Source: Chlamydiia bacterium | GTDB lineage: Bacteria > Chlamydiota > Chlamydiia > Chlamydiales > JBMOFD01 | Reading direction: 5' to 3' | Assembly (NCBI GenBank): GCA_049314435.1 | Contig: JBMOFD010000017.1 | Span: forward strand, 1 to 28,296 | DNA length: 28,296 nt | Notes under the pieces: model-generated | Databases searched by the model: none | Seen by the model: only the letters and a program-made list of their open reading frames with translations | Told to the model about the DNA's origin: nothing | Shown: positions 1-9,995 of the stretch, piece after piece | How the letters are laid out: each line of letters starts with the position of its first letter | How positions within the stretch are numbered: position 1 is the first letter of the stretch | Made by a program: the position numbers and the translations under genes

Positions 1-224
1 ACCAAGAGGCTTTCCCTTGTTGAGGTAGAGAAGCATTTTGGTGACCATAAATCAGTTGGAGATCATGTCTGCGAAATGAGCTGGGTGAATGGGCGTCGTC
101 TCTATCACGCGTTCATACCACCTTCCCAGGTGTTGCTACGATTAGGGGAAATAAAAATGGCCAAGACAAAGACATCCGCAGAGCGAAAAAAGTCCTCAGC
201 ACCTACACCAGTCTTGAAACTTAG
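1..224 (+). pseudogene. 3' part of a RelE/HigB-type addiction-module killer toxin, frameshifted at the G-run 145-148 (5' end lies outside the window)
   Basis: Frame 1 from base 1 reads TKRLSLVEVEKHFGDHKSVGDHVCEMSWVNGRRLYHAFIPPSQVLLRLG. The -1 frame from 147 continues GNKNGQDKDIRRAKKVLSTYTSLET to TAG at 222-224. Together these give the family pattern FGDxKxVG...R.Y...LLxGGxKxxQxxDIxxAK. Lies directly upstream of an antitoxin. Confidence 0.75.
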
Positions 225-483
225 GGCCGATGCGCCTGTAAAACAGTTTCACGCAACCAAGAAGCTTGCTGATGAGGATTTTATTGCAAAAGCAATGTGG
301 GACTGCCTGAAGAATAACGATCCAGAAGGCGTTATGGAGATCCTCGAAGCTCATTTGGAGGCTGTAAGCCGCCTGAAGCTGGCAAAGGATGGGAATATTC
401 CACGAGCAACGCTTTACCATGCGCTATCCAGCCGAAATCCAACGTTGCGAACGCTAGCTAAGATCGTTCACGCTGCAGCTTAG
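157..483 (+). CDS. Addiction-module antidote / HTH antitoxin (HI1420/HigA-like)
   Basis: ATG at 157 (MAKTKTS). C-terminal HTH SRLKLAKDGNIPRATLYHALSSRNPTLRTLAKIV matches the antidote pattern R..LY.ALS..NPTL.T. Follows a toxin remnant. Confidence 0.8.
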   Translation: MAKTKTSAERKKSSAPTPVLKLRADAPVKQFHATKKLADEDFIAKAMWDCLKNNDPEGVMEILEAHLEAVSRLKLAKDGNIPRATLYHALSSRNPTLRTLAKIVHAAA

Positions 484-565
484 CCGCGACTAACGCGTGG
501 TCGTCACGGAACTGCCCGTCAATTCTTGCCATTCGAACCTTCTGCGACTCGCATGCTCCGATACG

Positions 566-982
566 CTAAGGCGATGCAGGTGGATTGGCTGGACTGTGCT
601 GCGTGAGATAGTCGTAGAGATCTCTCTCCGACATGATCAGCATGGCCCGATCCCCCTCGGTCAGAGGCGAGGCCGCCTCTAGGATCTCTTCAGCTCCAAC
701 TCCTGGAAGACTCACCGCGGCGATTCCCTGACGAAGCGGCTGCGTCCGCAGGAGAAGGCGTAGACCCGCGTAGTAGTCGCAGTGGCTATAGCCCTCCTCC
801 TCCACACGAAAGTAGATGAGGTCGCGCTCAAAGAGCATCGTCTGCACGGCAAAGTAAAGACCGAGACTCTGACCAGGCGGGTGGCCTAGAAGCGCTTCAA
901 GCTCCAGCAGATCCCTAGGTCGATAGGGTATGTGTAGGTCTCCTCGAGATGCTTCCCCAAAGACCACCACGCGTGGACGCAT
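566..982 (-). CDS. Small conserved hypothetical protein (chlamydial type); possible phage tail-sheath core-domain fold
   Basis: 138-aa ORF with AGGAGG SD upstream of the ATG, co-directional after eno. Motifs VFGEASRG, AVQ..L....IYFRVEEEGYS..DY..GL..L and PGVG. Confidence 0.7.
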   Translation of the reverse strand: MRPRVVVFGEASRGDLHIPYRPRDLLELEALLGHPPGQSLGLYFAVQTMLFERDLIYFRVEEEGYSHCDYYAGLRLLLRTQPLRQGIAAVSLPGVGAEEILEAASPLTEGDRAMLIMSERDLYDYLTQHSPANPPASP

Positions 983-986
983 GACC

Positions 987-1053
987 CCTCCTGCTCCGAC
1001 CCATCCAACCTTATTAGATAAATATAATTTGAGAAAGGATGGGGAGCAAGAGG
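987..1053 (-). promoter_or_regulatory. Imperfect inverted repeat filling the eno-to-hypothetical spacer; sequesters the downstream SD around a 30-nt AT-rich loop
   Basis: On the minus strand, CCTCTTGCTCCCCATCC (1053-1037) pairs with GGATGG-gtc-GGAGCAGGAGG (1006-987). The AGGAGG SD is in the 3' arm. Confidence 0.5.
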
Positions 1054-1057
1054 ACTG

Positions 1058-2371
<1,314 letters not shown>

Positions 2372-2473
2372 CTAGTCTGCAGCCTAGCAGAAATTGGGCC
2401 AGCTTCAAACCTCCCATACTTATGGATCGCCAGATCCGCTCGATGGCAAGCCTATCGATCGAGTATCCTGCAT

Positions 2474-2532
2474 CCCATATAGGTGGTCCGGAGGATGGAA
2501 TCCTCCGGCTGAGGTTTGGAGCGGAGCTCCAA
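2474..2532 (+). repeat. Double-hairpin dispersed element, copy A
   Basis: CCCATATAGGTGGT-CCGGAGGAT(GGA)ATCCTCCGG-CTGAGGT-TTGGAGC(GGA)GCTCCAA, in the divergent eno/cca spacer. Confidence 0.85.
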
Positions 2533-2552
2533 GAAAGAACAAGGAGCACACT

Positions 2553-3746
2553 GTGGATCTCTATCTAGAGGGCCCGTTTGAGGTGGTCAAGCGGTTGCAG
2601 GAAGCTGGCTTTGAGGCTCTCTATGCCGGTGGGTGTGTGCGAGACTTCCTCCTGGGACGTCGCTCTACCGATGTTGATGTGGCCACCCAGGCGACTCCCG
2701 ACCAAGTCATGCAGCTCTTCCCCAAGACCGTACCGGTCGGGGTTTCCTTTGGTGTTGTGATTGTGGTCATGGAGGGCGAGCCGATCGAGGTGGCGACCTT
2801 CCGCAAAGAAGAGGGCTATGAGGATGGGCGCCATCCAGATCACGTCACCTGGGCTGATGCGCGGATGGATGCCGAGCGCAGAGACTTCACCGTCAATGGT
2901 ATGTTCTACGATCCGATCAAGGAGCAGCTGCTGGATTTTGTGGGTGGTCGGGAGGATCTGAAGGCTAGGCTGATCCGCGCCATTGGGGATCCTGCGGCAC
3001 GTTTTCGAGAAGATCACCTGCGCCTGCTGCGTGCGGTGCGATTTGCTGTGCAGCTAGGGTTCGAGCTGGAACCGAGTACACGGACGGCCATCATCGACCT
3101 GAAGGATCTCCTTAAGGAGGGTGTGAGCGTTGAGCGGATCATGCAGGAGCTGCAGAAGATGCAGGCTCGAGGAGTGCTTCTTCAGGGATTCCAACTCATG
3201 CAAGAGCTGGGTCTGCTGCAGGTCATCTTTCCAGAGGTGGAGAAGCCTCTGCCGCCTCTGCCTGATGACCTGCCCGTAATCTTGCAGATCTGCGCCTTGC
3301 ATCGACACCTAGGTCCCTTGCGATGGTTGATGCTACCGATCGAACTCAAGCTCAGTGGGGAAGAGCGTCGTATGACCGAAACGCTCGCAGCGTTTGATGA
3401 TGCACTGCGTAGTCCTACTCTGGAGCTTGTCGACTGGGCTCACCTTCTCGCGCGGCCCTGGGCGGATGAGTGCTTAGAGGCGCTCTTCGCATGGGGAGGC
3501 CCCTATACGTACACGCAGAGAGAGATCGTTGAGCTGATGGAGACTCTTGCTGAGGCGGTCACACGCATTGAATTGGGTACACCTCTTGTCTCTGCCGCTG
3601 ATCTGGCCATGCATGGCGTGGCTCCCGGCCCCCAGATGGGACATCTTCTTAGGAAGGCGGAGCGTATTGCGATTGAACAGGAGCTCACCTCGAAAGAGGA
3701 GATTTTGGCACAGCTCCCGCTGAGAGCTCCTCCAGCCCAAGGATAA
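2553..3746 (+). CDS. cca: CCA tRNA nucleotidyltransferase (class II; CCA/poly(A) polymerase family)
   Basis: GGCVRD, DVDVAT, EVATFR, RRDFTVN, FREDHLRLLRAVRF, ERI..EL.K. Start placed at GTG 2553 behind AAGGAG, because the ORF-track extension from 2394 runs through repeat copy A. Confidence 0.9.
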   Translation: MDLYLEGPFEVVKRLQEAGFEALYAGGCVRDFLLGRRSTDVDVATQATPDQVMQLFPKTVPVGVSFGVVIVVMEGEPIEVATFRKEEGYEDGRHPDHVTWADARMDAERRDFTVNGMFYDPIKEQLLDFVGGREDLKARLIRAIGDPAARFREDHLRLLRAVRFAVQLGFELEPSTRTAIIDLKDLLKEGVSVERIMQELQKMQARGVLLQGFQLMQELGLLQVIFPEVEKPLPPLPDDLPVILQICALHRHLGPLRWLMLPIELKLSGEERRMTETLAAFDDALRSPTLELVDWAHLLARPWADECLEALFAWGGPYTYTQREIVELMETLAEAVTRIELGTPLVSAADLAMHGVAPGPQMGHLLRKAERIAIEQELTSKEEILAQLPLRAPPAQG

Positions 3747-3774
3747 TGCGTCGAGAAGCCCTATTCCACCTCCT

Positions 3775-3833
3775 CCATATAGGGGGTCAGGGGGACGCAG
3801 TCCCCCTGCGGGGGTAGGGGGGCGGAGCCCCCT
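3775..3833 (+). repeat. Double-hairpin dispersed element, copy B
   Basis: CCATATAGGGGGT-CAGGGGGAC(GCA)GTCCCCCTG-CGGGGGTAG-GGGGGC(GGA)GCCCCC-T, between convergent cca and rsbU. Confidence 0.9.
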
Positions 3834-3836
3834 GGC

Positions 3837-5522
3837 CTATTCCGTTTCTACAGTACGGCGCAGCACCACGAAGGTGAGGTCATCGTACTGAGCGGCTGAC
3901 TGGGCGAACGCTTGGACGCTGGCGGAGATCGCTTCGGAGATGTCGTCGGCCGATCGGTTCGTCTGTTTCAAGAGGAGTTCCCAGAGTCTGGCCTCGCCAT
4001 AGAACTCCCCTTGTGGATTGGGCTGTTCGATCAACCCATCGGTGTAGATCACGAGCGATTCCCCTGGAGCGAGAGTCGTTTCGGAGGATCGGTAAGGGTA
4101 GTTACGGTCGACACCTAGGGCGAGTCCGGGAGTGGAGAGTTTGTCGAGGGCACCATCTTTTCGGATGATGATCGCGAGTGGATGCCCAGCGGAGATGTAG
4201 CGTAGAGCGCCTGTTTTTGGGTGGAAGTAGCCCATCCAGGCTGTGACAAAGTAGCCGCTATCCTGGGTATCCCAGCAGAGCAGACGGTTGACGCGATCGA
4301 CGACCTGGTCGAAGGAGGTCGCTTCGTAGGAGAAGGCGCGGTAGAGAGCTCGATAGGAGATGGAGTAGAGGCAGGCGGCTAAGCCTTTTCCGGAGACGTC
4401 GGCGATCGTGATCGTCATGCCCTCTTCCCCCGTGTCGGCTCGGTGACCCACGAAGTCATAGAAGTCACCTCCCACATCTTTGGCGGCTTGGTAGTAGGCG
4501 GCTAGCTCCACTCCCCCAACGCGGAGATGCCGGGAGGGGAGAAGGGCGTTCTGGATCTCTTTGCCCAGAGTGAGCTCGTGGGCGAGACCCTCTTTGAGGG
4601 CTTTTTCGTGAACGACCTGAGCCTGGGCCTGATTGAAGTGGTCGAGCATCTCATTGAACGAGCGGTACACTTCGTTCATCTCGAAGCCCCACGATGAGGG
4701 CTTGAGCCGTACGCTCAGGTCTCCAGCAGCCACCTCCTCCATGCCCTGCAAGAGACGATCGATCGGGCGCGCAAGCCGCTTGGTGAGGAACCACGCAGCG
4801 GCACAGCAGAGGATGAGCAGGGAGACCAGGACCCAGGCAAGCAGCTGGATCTGCTGATCGACGCGCTGACGAATCGGATCATGCTGGGGTGGATAGGAGA
4901 CAATGAAGAAGTTCGCATTGTCGGGCTGCTCCCCGATCGCCAGCTGCTGGGAATCTTGCTGGTGTCTCCAGATCGAGCGGCCACTCTGCTGCTCGACCTG
5001 CCAATCAGCACGCGAGGCGGCCACTTTCACAGGAGACCAGGGCCCGACCTTCTGTAAATAGGAGGTGAGATGTTCCTGGGGAATCGCGAGGGCGGGGATC
5101 TGGCCTGGGGTGGTGGACTGGCCAAGAATGAGAACCCAAGACTGGATCAACTGGGCTGGGATCGATAGGTTCTGGACGGGGGTGCCCTTGAGGGGAACCG
5201 GTCCCTCCAGGATCGTGGATCCTTGAGGAGTCGATTGGATGATGACCCAGGTCATGCCTGCGGAGAACTGGGAGAGGTCTCCTCCATCCATGCAGACGCT
5301 CTTGTGTGACAGGAGATCGACAAGGGCGAGGCGATCGCTCGTCCAGGCTTGCATCACACCCATCCGCTCATCAGAGATGGAGGAGAGCGCCTGGATGGGA
5401 GCATACATCAGTGCTTCCGAGAGTTCATAGAAGAGCCAGCCCGACTGGAGGATGAGCGGAGTCATGAGGGTCATTCCGAAGACCGCTAACATCCGGACAC
5501 TCAACCGACTCCAACCGCGCAT
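3837..5522 (-). CDS. rsbU: Membrane-bound HAMP + PP2C/SpoIIE phosphatase (RsbU-like partner-switching regulator)
   Basis: Two TM segments around a periplasmic domain, then HAMP (RPIDRL...GDL...E...FNEM). PP2C motifs IQNALLP, VGGDFYD, IADVSGKG, SAGHP, YTDGLIE, DDLT. Start codon uncertain; ATG 5522 chosen. Confidence 0.9.
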   Translation of the reverse strand: MRGWSRLSVRMLAVFGMTLMTPLILQSGWLFYELSEALMYAPIQALSSISDERMGVMQAWTSDRLALVDLLSHKSVCMDGGDLSQFSAGMTWVIIQSTPQGSTILEGPVPLKGTPVQNLSIPAQLIQSWVLILGQSTTPGQIPALAIPQEHLTSYLQKVGPWSPVKVAASRADWQVEQQSGRSIWRHQQDSQQLAIGEQPDNANFFIVSYPPQHDPIRQRVDQQIQLLAWVLVSLLILCCAAAWFLTKRLARPIDRLLQGMEEVAAGDLSVRLKPSSWGFEMNEVYRSFNEMLDHFNQAQAQVVHEKALKEGLAHELTLGKEIQNALLPSRHLRVGGVELAAYYQAAKDVGGDFYDFVGHRADTGEEGMTITIADVSGKGLAACLYSISYRALYRAFSYEATSFDQVVDRVNRLLCWDTQDSGYFVTAWMGYFHPKTGALRYISAGHPLAIIIRKDGALDKLSTPGLALGVDRNYPYRSSETTLAPGESLVIYTDGLIEQPNPQGEFYGEARLWELLLKQTNRSADDISEAISASVQAFAQSAAQYDDLTFVVLRRTVETE

Positions 5523-5531
5523 TCGACGACC

Positions 5532-5540
5532 TGCTATACT
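5532..5540 (+). promoter_or_regulatory. Putative extended -10 promoter (TGnTATACT) for the TrmH-family gene and rsgA
   Basis: TGCTATACT ends 6 nt before GTG 5547 and there is no SD. The same 9-mer lies upstream of two other genes. Confidence 0.6.
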
Positions 5541-5546
5541 GTTTGT

Positions 5547-6290
5547 GTGCAAAACTTACTCTCTAGCCCCGATCATCCATTCGTCAAGAGATGGGTCCGT
5601 CTGCGTCTCGACCGAAAGAGTCGAGTACAAGAGGGAGCCTGCCTGCTCACCTCCCCACGGGAGATCCTGGAGGTTGGCCAGCATGGTGCCCTGCTCGTCC
5701 TGATCAGCACACCTGACACACCGCTCGATGAATTTGCCCCGTTTGAGGCACGCAGACACGTGCTGGTGACGCCGCAGCTCATGGCGAAGATCACAGGACT
5801 GGCGGCCCCTGTGGGTGTAGCGGCTGAGGTGGCTCTGCCCAAGCCGGGGACTGATCTGGGTCGATGGCCTCTTATCCTCGATGGCGTCTCCGATCCTGGG
5901 AATGTGGGATCTCTCCTGCGCACCGCATTGGCGCTCGGTTGGAGTTCTGCTGTGCTTCTGCCTGGTACTGCTGATCCGTTCAATGAGAAGACATTACGGG
6001 CTTCGAAGGGAGCGGCCTTCCGCCTTCCTTTGCTACAGAGAACGGCCGAGCAATTGGTCGAAGAGATGGCGAACAAGGGGCTGCCTCTCTGCATCGCCGA
6101 TATGGAGGGAGAAGCTCCAAAGTCGCAGCGCCCCAATGGGTGCGGCCTGCTCCTTGGGCATGAGACGCGAGGAGTTCAGCACTGGAAAGCTGGGATGCGC
6201 GTCCATGTTCCACAAAGCGGTGAGATTGAGTCCTTGAATGTGGCGGTGGCAGGGGGGATCCTGATGGCCTCACTGCGAGGAGTAGTCTGA
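5547..6290 (+). CDS. TrmH/SpoU-family RNA 2'-O-methyltransferase
   Basis: LDGVSDPGNVGSLLRTA, DPFNEKTLRASKGA, LLLGHE.RG, IESLNVAVAGGI. Confidence 0.95.
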   Translation: MQNLLSSPDHPFVKRWVRLRLDRKSRVQEGACLLTSPREILEVGQHGALLVLISTPDTPLDEFAPFEARRHVLVTPQLMAKITGLAAPVGVAAEVALPKPGTDLGRWPLILDGVSDPGNVGSLLRTALALGWSSAVLLPGTADPFNEKTLRASKGAAFRLPLLQRTAEQLVEEMANKGLPLCIADMEGEAPKSQRPNGCGLLLGHETRGVQHWKAGMRVHVPQSGEIESLNVAVAGGILMASLRGVV

Positions 6291-7366
6291 TGGAGTGGGA
6301 GTGGGAACCATCGAGGAAGGACAATAAGAAGGAGCGCAAATCCGCCCAAGCTGGCGATCGCTCACGATTCAAGAAGACCGACCTCGATAAGAAGAAGGAG
6401 GTTCCCATCCCGGAGGACCTGCCACGGGGACGCGTCACCTGTGTGCGTTCCGATGAGGTCGATGTCCTCCTCGAGGGAGGCAAGGTGATTCGCTGCACAG
6501 TTCGCGGGGGGCTTCGGAAAGAGGACAGCGTCAACAAACGGGTCGTCGTAGTGGGCGACTGGATACGGTACGCTCCTGGTGAGGAGACCACTGGGACCAT
6601 CATGGCGGTGGAGCCTCGTGCGACGACATTGACTCGAGCTGAGCACTTCCTGAGGCGCAAGCGCCAGGTGGTTGCCGCCAACATCGATCAAGTCGCGATC
6701 GTGATGTCGGTGGGGATTCCTGCTCTCAAACCGGCTCTGATCGACCGTTTTCTCATTGCGGCCGACAAGGGTGGATTACGTCCCCTTCTTCTCTTCACAA
6801 AGGTCGACCTGGTCAAAGATTACCCAGATCAAGCGGAACTCCTAGCAGAACTCGTGGGGCTCTACCGTGGCTTAGGGGTCGCTGTTGTGGAGTGGAGCAT
6901 GGAGGGTCATATGGGGTTGGACCAGCTCCTGAAAGAGCTCCAGGGACGTACCACCGTCTTTTCAGGTCAGTCTGGGGTAGGCAAGTCCTCGATCATCAGC
7001 ATGCTGACAGGGCGCGAGCTGCGCACCGCTTCGATCATTGAGGCGACTCGTAAGGGACAGCATACGACGTCGCAAGCGCAGATGATCTCTCTCCCTCTTG
7101 GCGGATCGGTGATCGACACCCCAGGACTCAGGAGCTTTGGTGTGTGGGCTCTTGGACCTGAGGAGGTACAGAGCTACTTCCCTGAGATCGTTGAAGCCGC
7201 TCAGAGCTGTCGCTACCGCGATTGCACGCATAGTGTTGAGCCTGACTGCGGGGTGCTTAAGGCTCTTGAAGAGGGGCGCATCTCCGATCTGCGCTACGAC
7301 AGCTATCGCACCCTGCGCCAAGGCGAGGGTATACGAGACCTCCTTGACTGGCTCGAGGCTGAATAG
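6290..7366 (+). CDS. rsgA: Ribosome small-subunit-dependent GTPase A
   Basis: OB fold with VVGDW. Circularly permuted GTPase motifs TKVD, GQSGVGKS, GQHTT, DTPG. Zn knuckle CRYRDCTHSVEPDC. TGATG coupling to the upstream gene. Confidence 0.97.
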   Translation: MEWEWEPSRKDNKKERKSAQAGDRSRFKKTDLDKKKEVPIPEDLPRGRVTCVRSDEVDVLLEGGKVIRCTVRGGLRKEDSVNKRVVVVGDWIRYAPGEETTGTIMAVEPRATTLTRAEHFLRRKRQVVAANIDQVAIVMSVGIPALKPALIDRFLIAADKGGLRPLLLFTKVDLVKDYPDQAELLAELVGLYRGLGVAVVEWSMEGHMGLDQLLKELQGRTTVFSGQSGVGKSSIISMLTGRELRTASIIEATRKGQHTTSQAQMISLPLGGSVIDTPGLRSFGVWALGPEEVQSYFPEIVEAAQSCRYRDCTHSVEPDCGVLKALEEGRISDLRYDSYRTLRQGEGIRDLLDWLEAE

Positions 7367-7378
7367 ACTCCTAAACAC

Positions 7379-7435
7379 CCCATATAGGGGGTCTAGGGGA
7401 TGCAATCCCCTAGTGGGGTCCGGGGCAAAGCCCCG
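7379..7435 (+). repeat. Double-hairpin dispersed element, copy C
   Basis: CCCATATAGGGGGT-CTAGGGGAT(GCA)ATCCCCTAG-TGGGGTC-CGGGGC(AAA)GCCCCG, immediately after the rsgA stop. Confidence 0.9.
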
Positions 7436-7453
7436 CAACGACAGAGGACATCC

Positions 7454-8218
7454 TTGAAAGCTCTCATTGTTGTTCTTCTCTTTCTGGGACTTCTGGGTGC
7501 GATGAGTGCCCAATGGATGGATGCCCTTGTGGACGCCTGTGAAGTGCAGCAGGCGTGTATCCGACGTCTTCAAAAAACACGGACGGACTGGGGCAATCAG
7601 CAGATGCGTAAGATGAAGCGTGCTTCATCGGTGCCCTCTACCCCTGTGCCCTCCACACCTCCGGTTGTCGAACCAGTGGAGCCTCTTAATTTAGCACTTC
7701 TCTTCGCCACTGAAACAGCCTCTTCCTTTAGCCCTCAAGAGAGAAACTGGCTTCTAGGTGTGATGGGGAGATTGACCGCACAGATGCATCCGCAGAGAAT
7801 CGGCGAGCAAGAGGCGCAGGCACTTTGGCAGATGGCATGGCAGACCCTGACAGCGGCCCGTGAGCAAGGGGGTGCTTCTCCAGGAAAGGAGGCGGCTGGC
7901 TACACCGGACGGGTGGCCTCTCTGCAGGATCTCTTAGTGATTCCTATGGATCCTCAGACACGACAGCGCTGGTGTGAGTGTATTCTTGCGGAGCAGGAGG
8001 TGGAACCTCGGCTCCACCTAGGGGACATGGTGTGTATCGAACCAATCACCAAGACGCAGCCGCTCTCTACGATCCCGGCTGAGATCGTCTTGGCTTTTGT
8101 GGGGGCCCATGGATTTCAGACCCTGGTCAAGGCCACGCCTGAGCAGTATGGCAGCATCTTGGCCTCTTCTTTAGAGGGCTGGCAGCTGACAGCCCTACAT
8201 CGGATCATATCTTGGTGA
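7454..8218 (+). CDS. Membrane-anchored hypothetical protein, possibly a GspK-like minor pseudopilin
   Basis: TTG 7454 behind AGAGGA. N-terminal ALIVVLLFLGLLGAM without E+5, as in GspK. Weak GspK-like LNL and SLQDLLVIP segments. The ATG at 7400 lies inside repeat copy C. Confidence 0.5.
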   Translation: MKALIVVLLFLGLLGAMSAQWMDALVDACEVQQACIRRLQKTRTDWGNQQMRKMKRASSVPSTPVPSTPPVVEPVEPLNLALLFATETASSFSPQERNWLLGVMGRLTAQMHPQRIGEQEAQALWQMAWQTLTAAREQGGASPGKEAAGYTGRVASLQDLLVIPMDPQTRQRWCECILAEQEVEPRLHLGDMVCIEPITKTQPLSTIPAEIVLAFVGAHGFQTLVKATPEQYGSILASSLEGWQLTALHRIISW

Positions 8219-9991
8219 GAGTACGCCACGATTCTGCGTGGTCGGAAGATGGATCCTGAACGTCGTTCCTTGATCTGGAATGCTCTCTGCTCGGATCGTG
8301 CCATTGTGGCGCTGCACGATGGTGTAGACGATGGCCAAACCTAGGCCAGCACCACCCAGTCTTCTTGTACGTGCCTTGTCGACGCGATAGAACCTGTCAA
8401 AGATGTGTGGTAGGTCGGTGGCAGAGATGCCAATGCCATGGTCTTGGACTTCTATTTGGATGAAGTCGTGATGACGTTCCACTCGAACGTCGATCCTGGC
8501 TGGTGGGTCTGAGTACTTCACAGCATTGTTCAGGAGGTTGGTGATCACCATTGTCAAGAGTTCAGCATCCCCCTCTGCAATGCAGAGTTCATGGCCCGGG
8601 CCCTTCACATGGGCACGGACTTGGGGGTGGATGGTGACGAGCTGGTCCACACAATCCTCGCACAAGAGCTGGCAGTCGACCGGCTGTAGGGTGCCTGTTG
8701 GCTGATTTTCCAGGTCGGCAAGAAGAAGGAGACTTTGAATGAGGGACTCCATTCTAGAGCAGTTCCTGATGATTTTCTCCGTCATGTCATGGAGTGCGTC
8801 AGTAGAAGAGGCTCCATATTCATGGAGGGTTTCAGCAAAGCCTCGAATGATCGTGATGGGCGTTCGTAGTTCATGAGAGGCGTTGGCCACGAAGTCCTTC
8901 CCAAGACGGATGATCTGCGTCTGACTGGTGATGTCGTGCATGACCAGAAGCGCTGCGTTCTCTCCTGTTACTGGAGTGCAGGTAAGAGAGATCGCCTGCA
9001 GACGGGGCTCATGGAGCTCGACCGTCTCCTCATGGACGCGGCGAGTTTGCAGGGTGCGTAGCAGAAGAGTATGTGCATGTTCCGCGAGGTCAGAGCGACG
9101 AGAGGTCACAGCATTCCAGTCTGTCGAGCCTGGGGGTAGCTTGAGCATGGTCCGTGCTGCATTGTTAATGAAGCTCAGCTGGTCGGGAGCGGTGAGCGCA
9201 ATCACACCTTCTCGGAGGCTCTCCAATAGGGCTAGTTTCTCATTACGCTCATGGACGAGGTCGCGGATCTGCGAGCGAATGCGGTCGCGTAAGTCATTCA
9301 GGGTATGGGCGAGCTGGTCGAACTCCGACGGGATCCTCTTCGAGCTATAGGCGATGGTAGGGAGTTCCGACACGCGGCCCTGTTGATAGGGACGGATGGC
9401 TTGCAGAATCACCTCCACAGGTCGAGTGAGGTAGGTAATGACCAGGAGGGTGAGCGCGGCAAAGATGAGCAGTACGAGCGAGGTCAGGAGGATAAAGCCT
9501 ATCTCCAGTCCATGGGTAAGCTGGTCAATAGGCTCGAAGGGGAAGGCTAACCTCATGACGAGGGTTTGACCATGGAAATCAAAGCGCTCTGCAAAATAGG
9601 CAAACTTCTGATCAAAGAGTGTGGACCACGCCTCCTCATACCCCACGCCATCACGTAGGGCCTCGATGACTTCCGGATGGCGTGTTTGGTAGGTGGGGTC
9701 CCAGGCTGGGCCAAAGAGCTTTCGACCTTTCGAGTCGTAGAGGGCATGTTGCTGGTCGTCCAGAAGCCCTACTCGATAGAAGAAGGTGCGTTCATTCTCC
9801 TTCAATAGCTGAATCGCCTGATCCAGATTCGGGGTGGTTTGCACGCTCTCAATGAGGGTCTTGGCGCTATCAGCGAGGGCTCCATGTACCACAGTTCTTA
9901 CAGAGAACTGTACCATCGCGAACATCCCCATGAGAAGGACGACGAAAAGGACCGCATAGCTGGCTAAGATCTTGTTGCGGAACGTCAACAT
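8195..9991 (-). CDS. Membrane sensor histidine kinase, PhoR/WalK-like (TM-HAMP-PAS-HisKA-HATPase)
   Basis: DFVANASHELRTP H-box, NLLNNAVKY, DHGIGI, IFDRFYRVDKAR, GAGLGLAI. Two TM segments. Confidence 0.93.
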   Translation of the reverse strand: MLTFRNKILASYAVLFVVLLMGMFAMVQFSVRTVVHGALADSAKTLIESVQTTPNLDQAIQLLKENERTFFYRVGLLDDQQHALYDSKGRKLFGPAWDPTYQTRHPEVIEALRDGVGYEEAWSTLFDQKFAYFAERFDFHGQTLVMRLAFPFEPIDQLTHGLEIGFILLTSLVLLIFAALTLLVITYLTRPVEVILQAIRPYQQGRVSELPTIAYSSKRIPSEFDQLAHTLNDLRDRIRSQIRDLVHERNEKLALLESLREGVIALTAPDQLSFINNAARTMLKLPPGSTDWNAVTSRRSDLAEHAHTLLLRTLQTRRVHEETVELHEPRLQAISLTCTPVTGENAALLVMHDITSQTQIIRLGKDFVANASHELRTPITIIRGFAETLHEYGASSTDALHDMTEKIIRNCSRMESLIQSLLLLADLENQPTGTLQPVDCQLLCEDCVDQLVTIHPQVRAHVKGPGHELCIAEGDAELLTMVITNLLNNAVKYSDPPARIDVRVERHHDFIQIEVQDHGIGISATDLPHIFDRFYRVDKARTRRLGGAGLGLAIVYTIVQRHNGTIRAESIPDQGTTFRIHLPTTQNRGVLSPRYDPM

Positions 9992-9995
9992 AGGA

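Noticed and set aside
76..483. 135-aa ORF as a single native protein
   Set aside because: It is a chimera of toxin residues and the antitoxin caused by the frameshift. The antitoxin start is ATG 157.
2394..2552. 53-aa N-terminal extension of the CCA enzyme
   Set aside because: Starts at a TTG without an SD and runs through repeat copy A. A GTG with AAGGAG at 2553 matches the family start.
7400..7453. ATG start inside repeat copy C for the GspK-like ORF
   Set aside because: The ATG is buried in hairpin 1, while TTG 7454 has a well-spaced AGAGGA. Not fully excluded.
5573..7573. Long antisense ORFs (187, 234 and 203 aa) and similar shadow ORFs elsewhere
   Set aside because: They overlap well-supported genes on the opposite strand, lack motifs, and are expected in GC-rich DNA.
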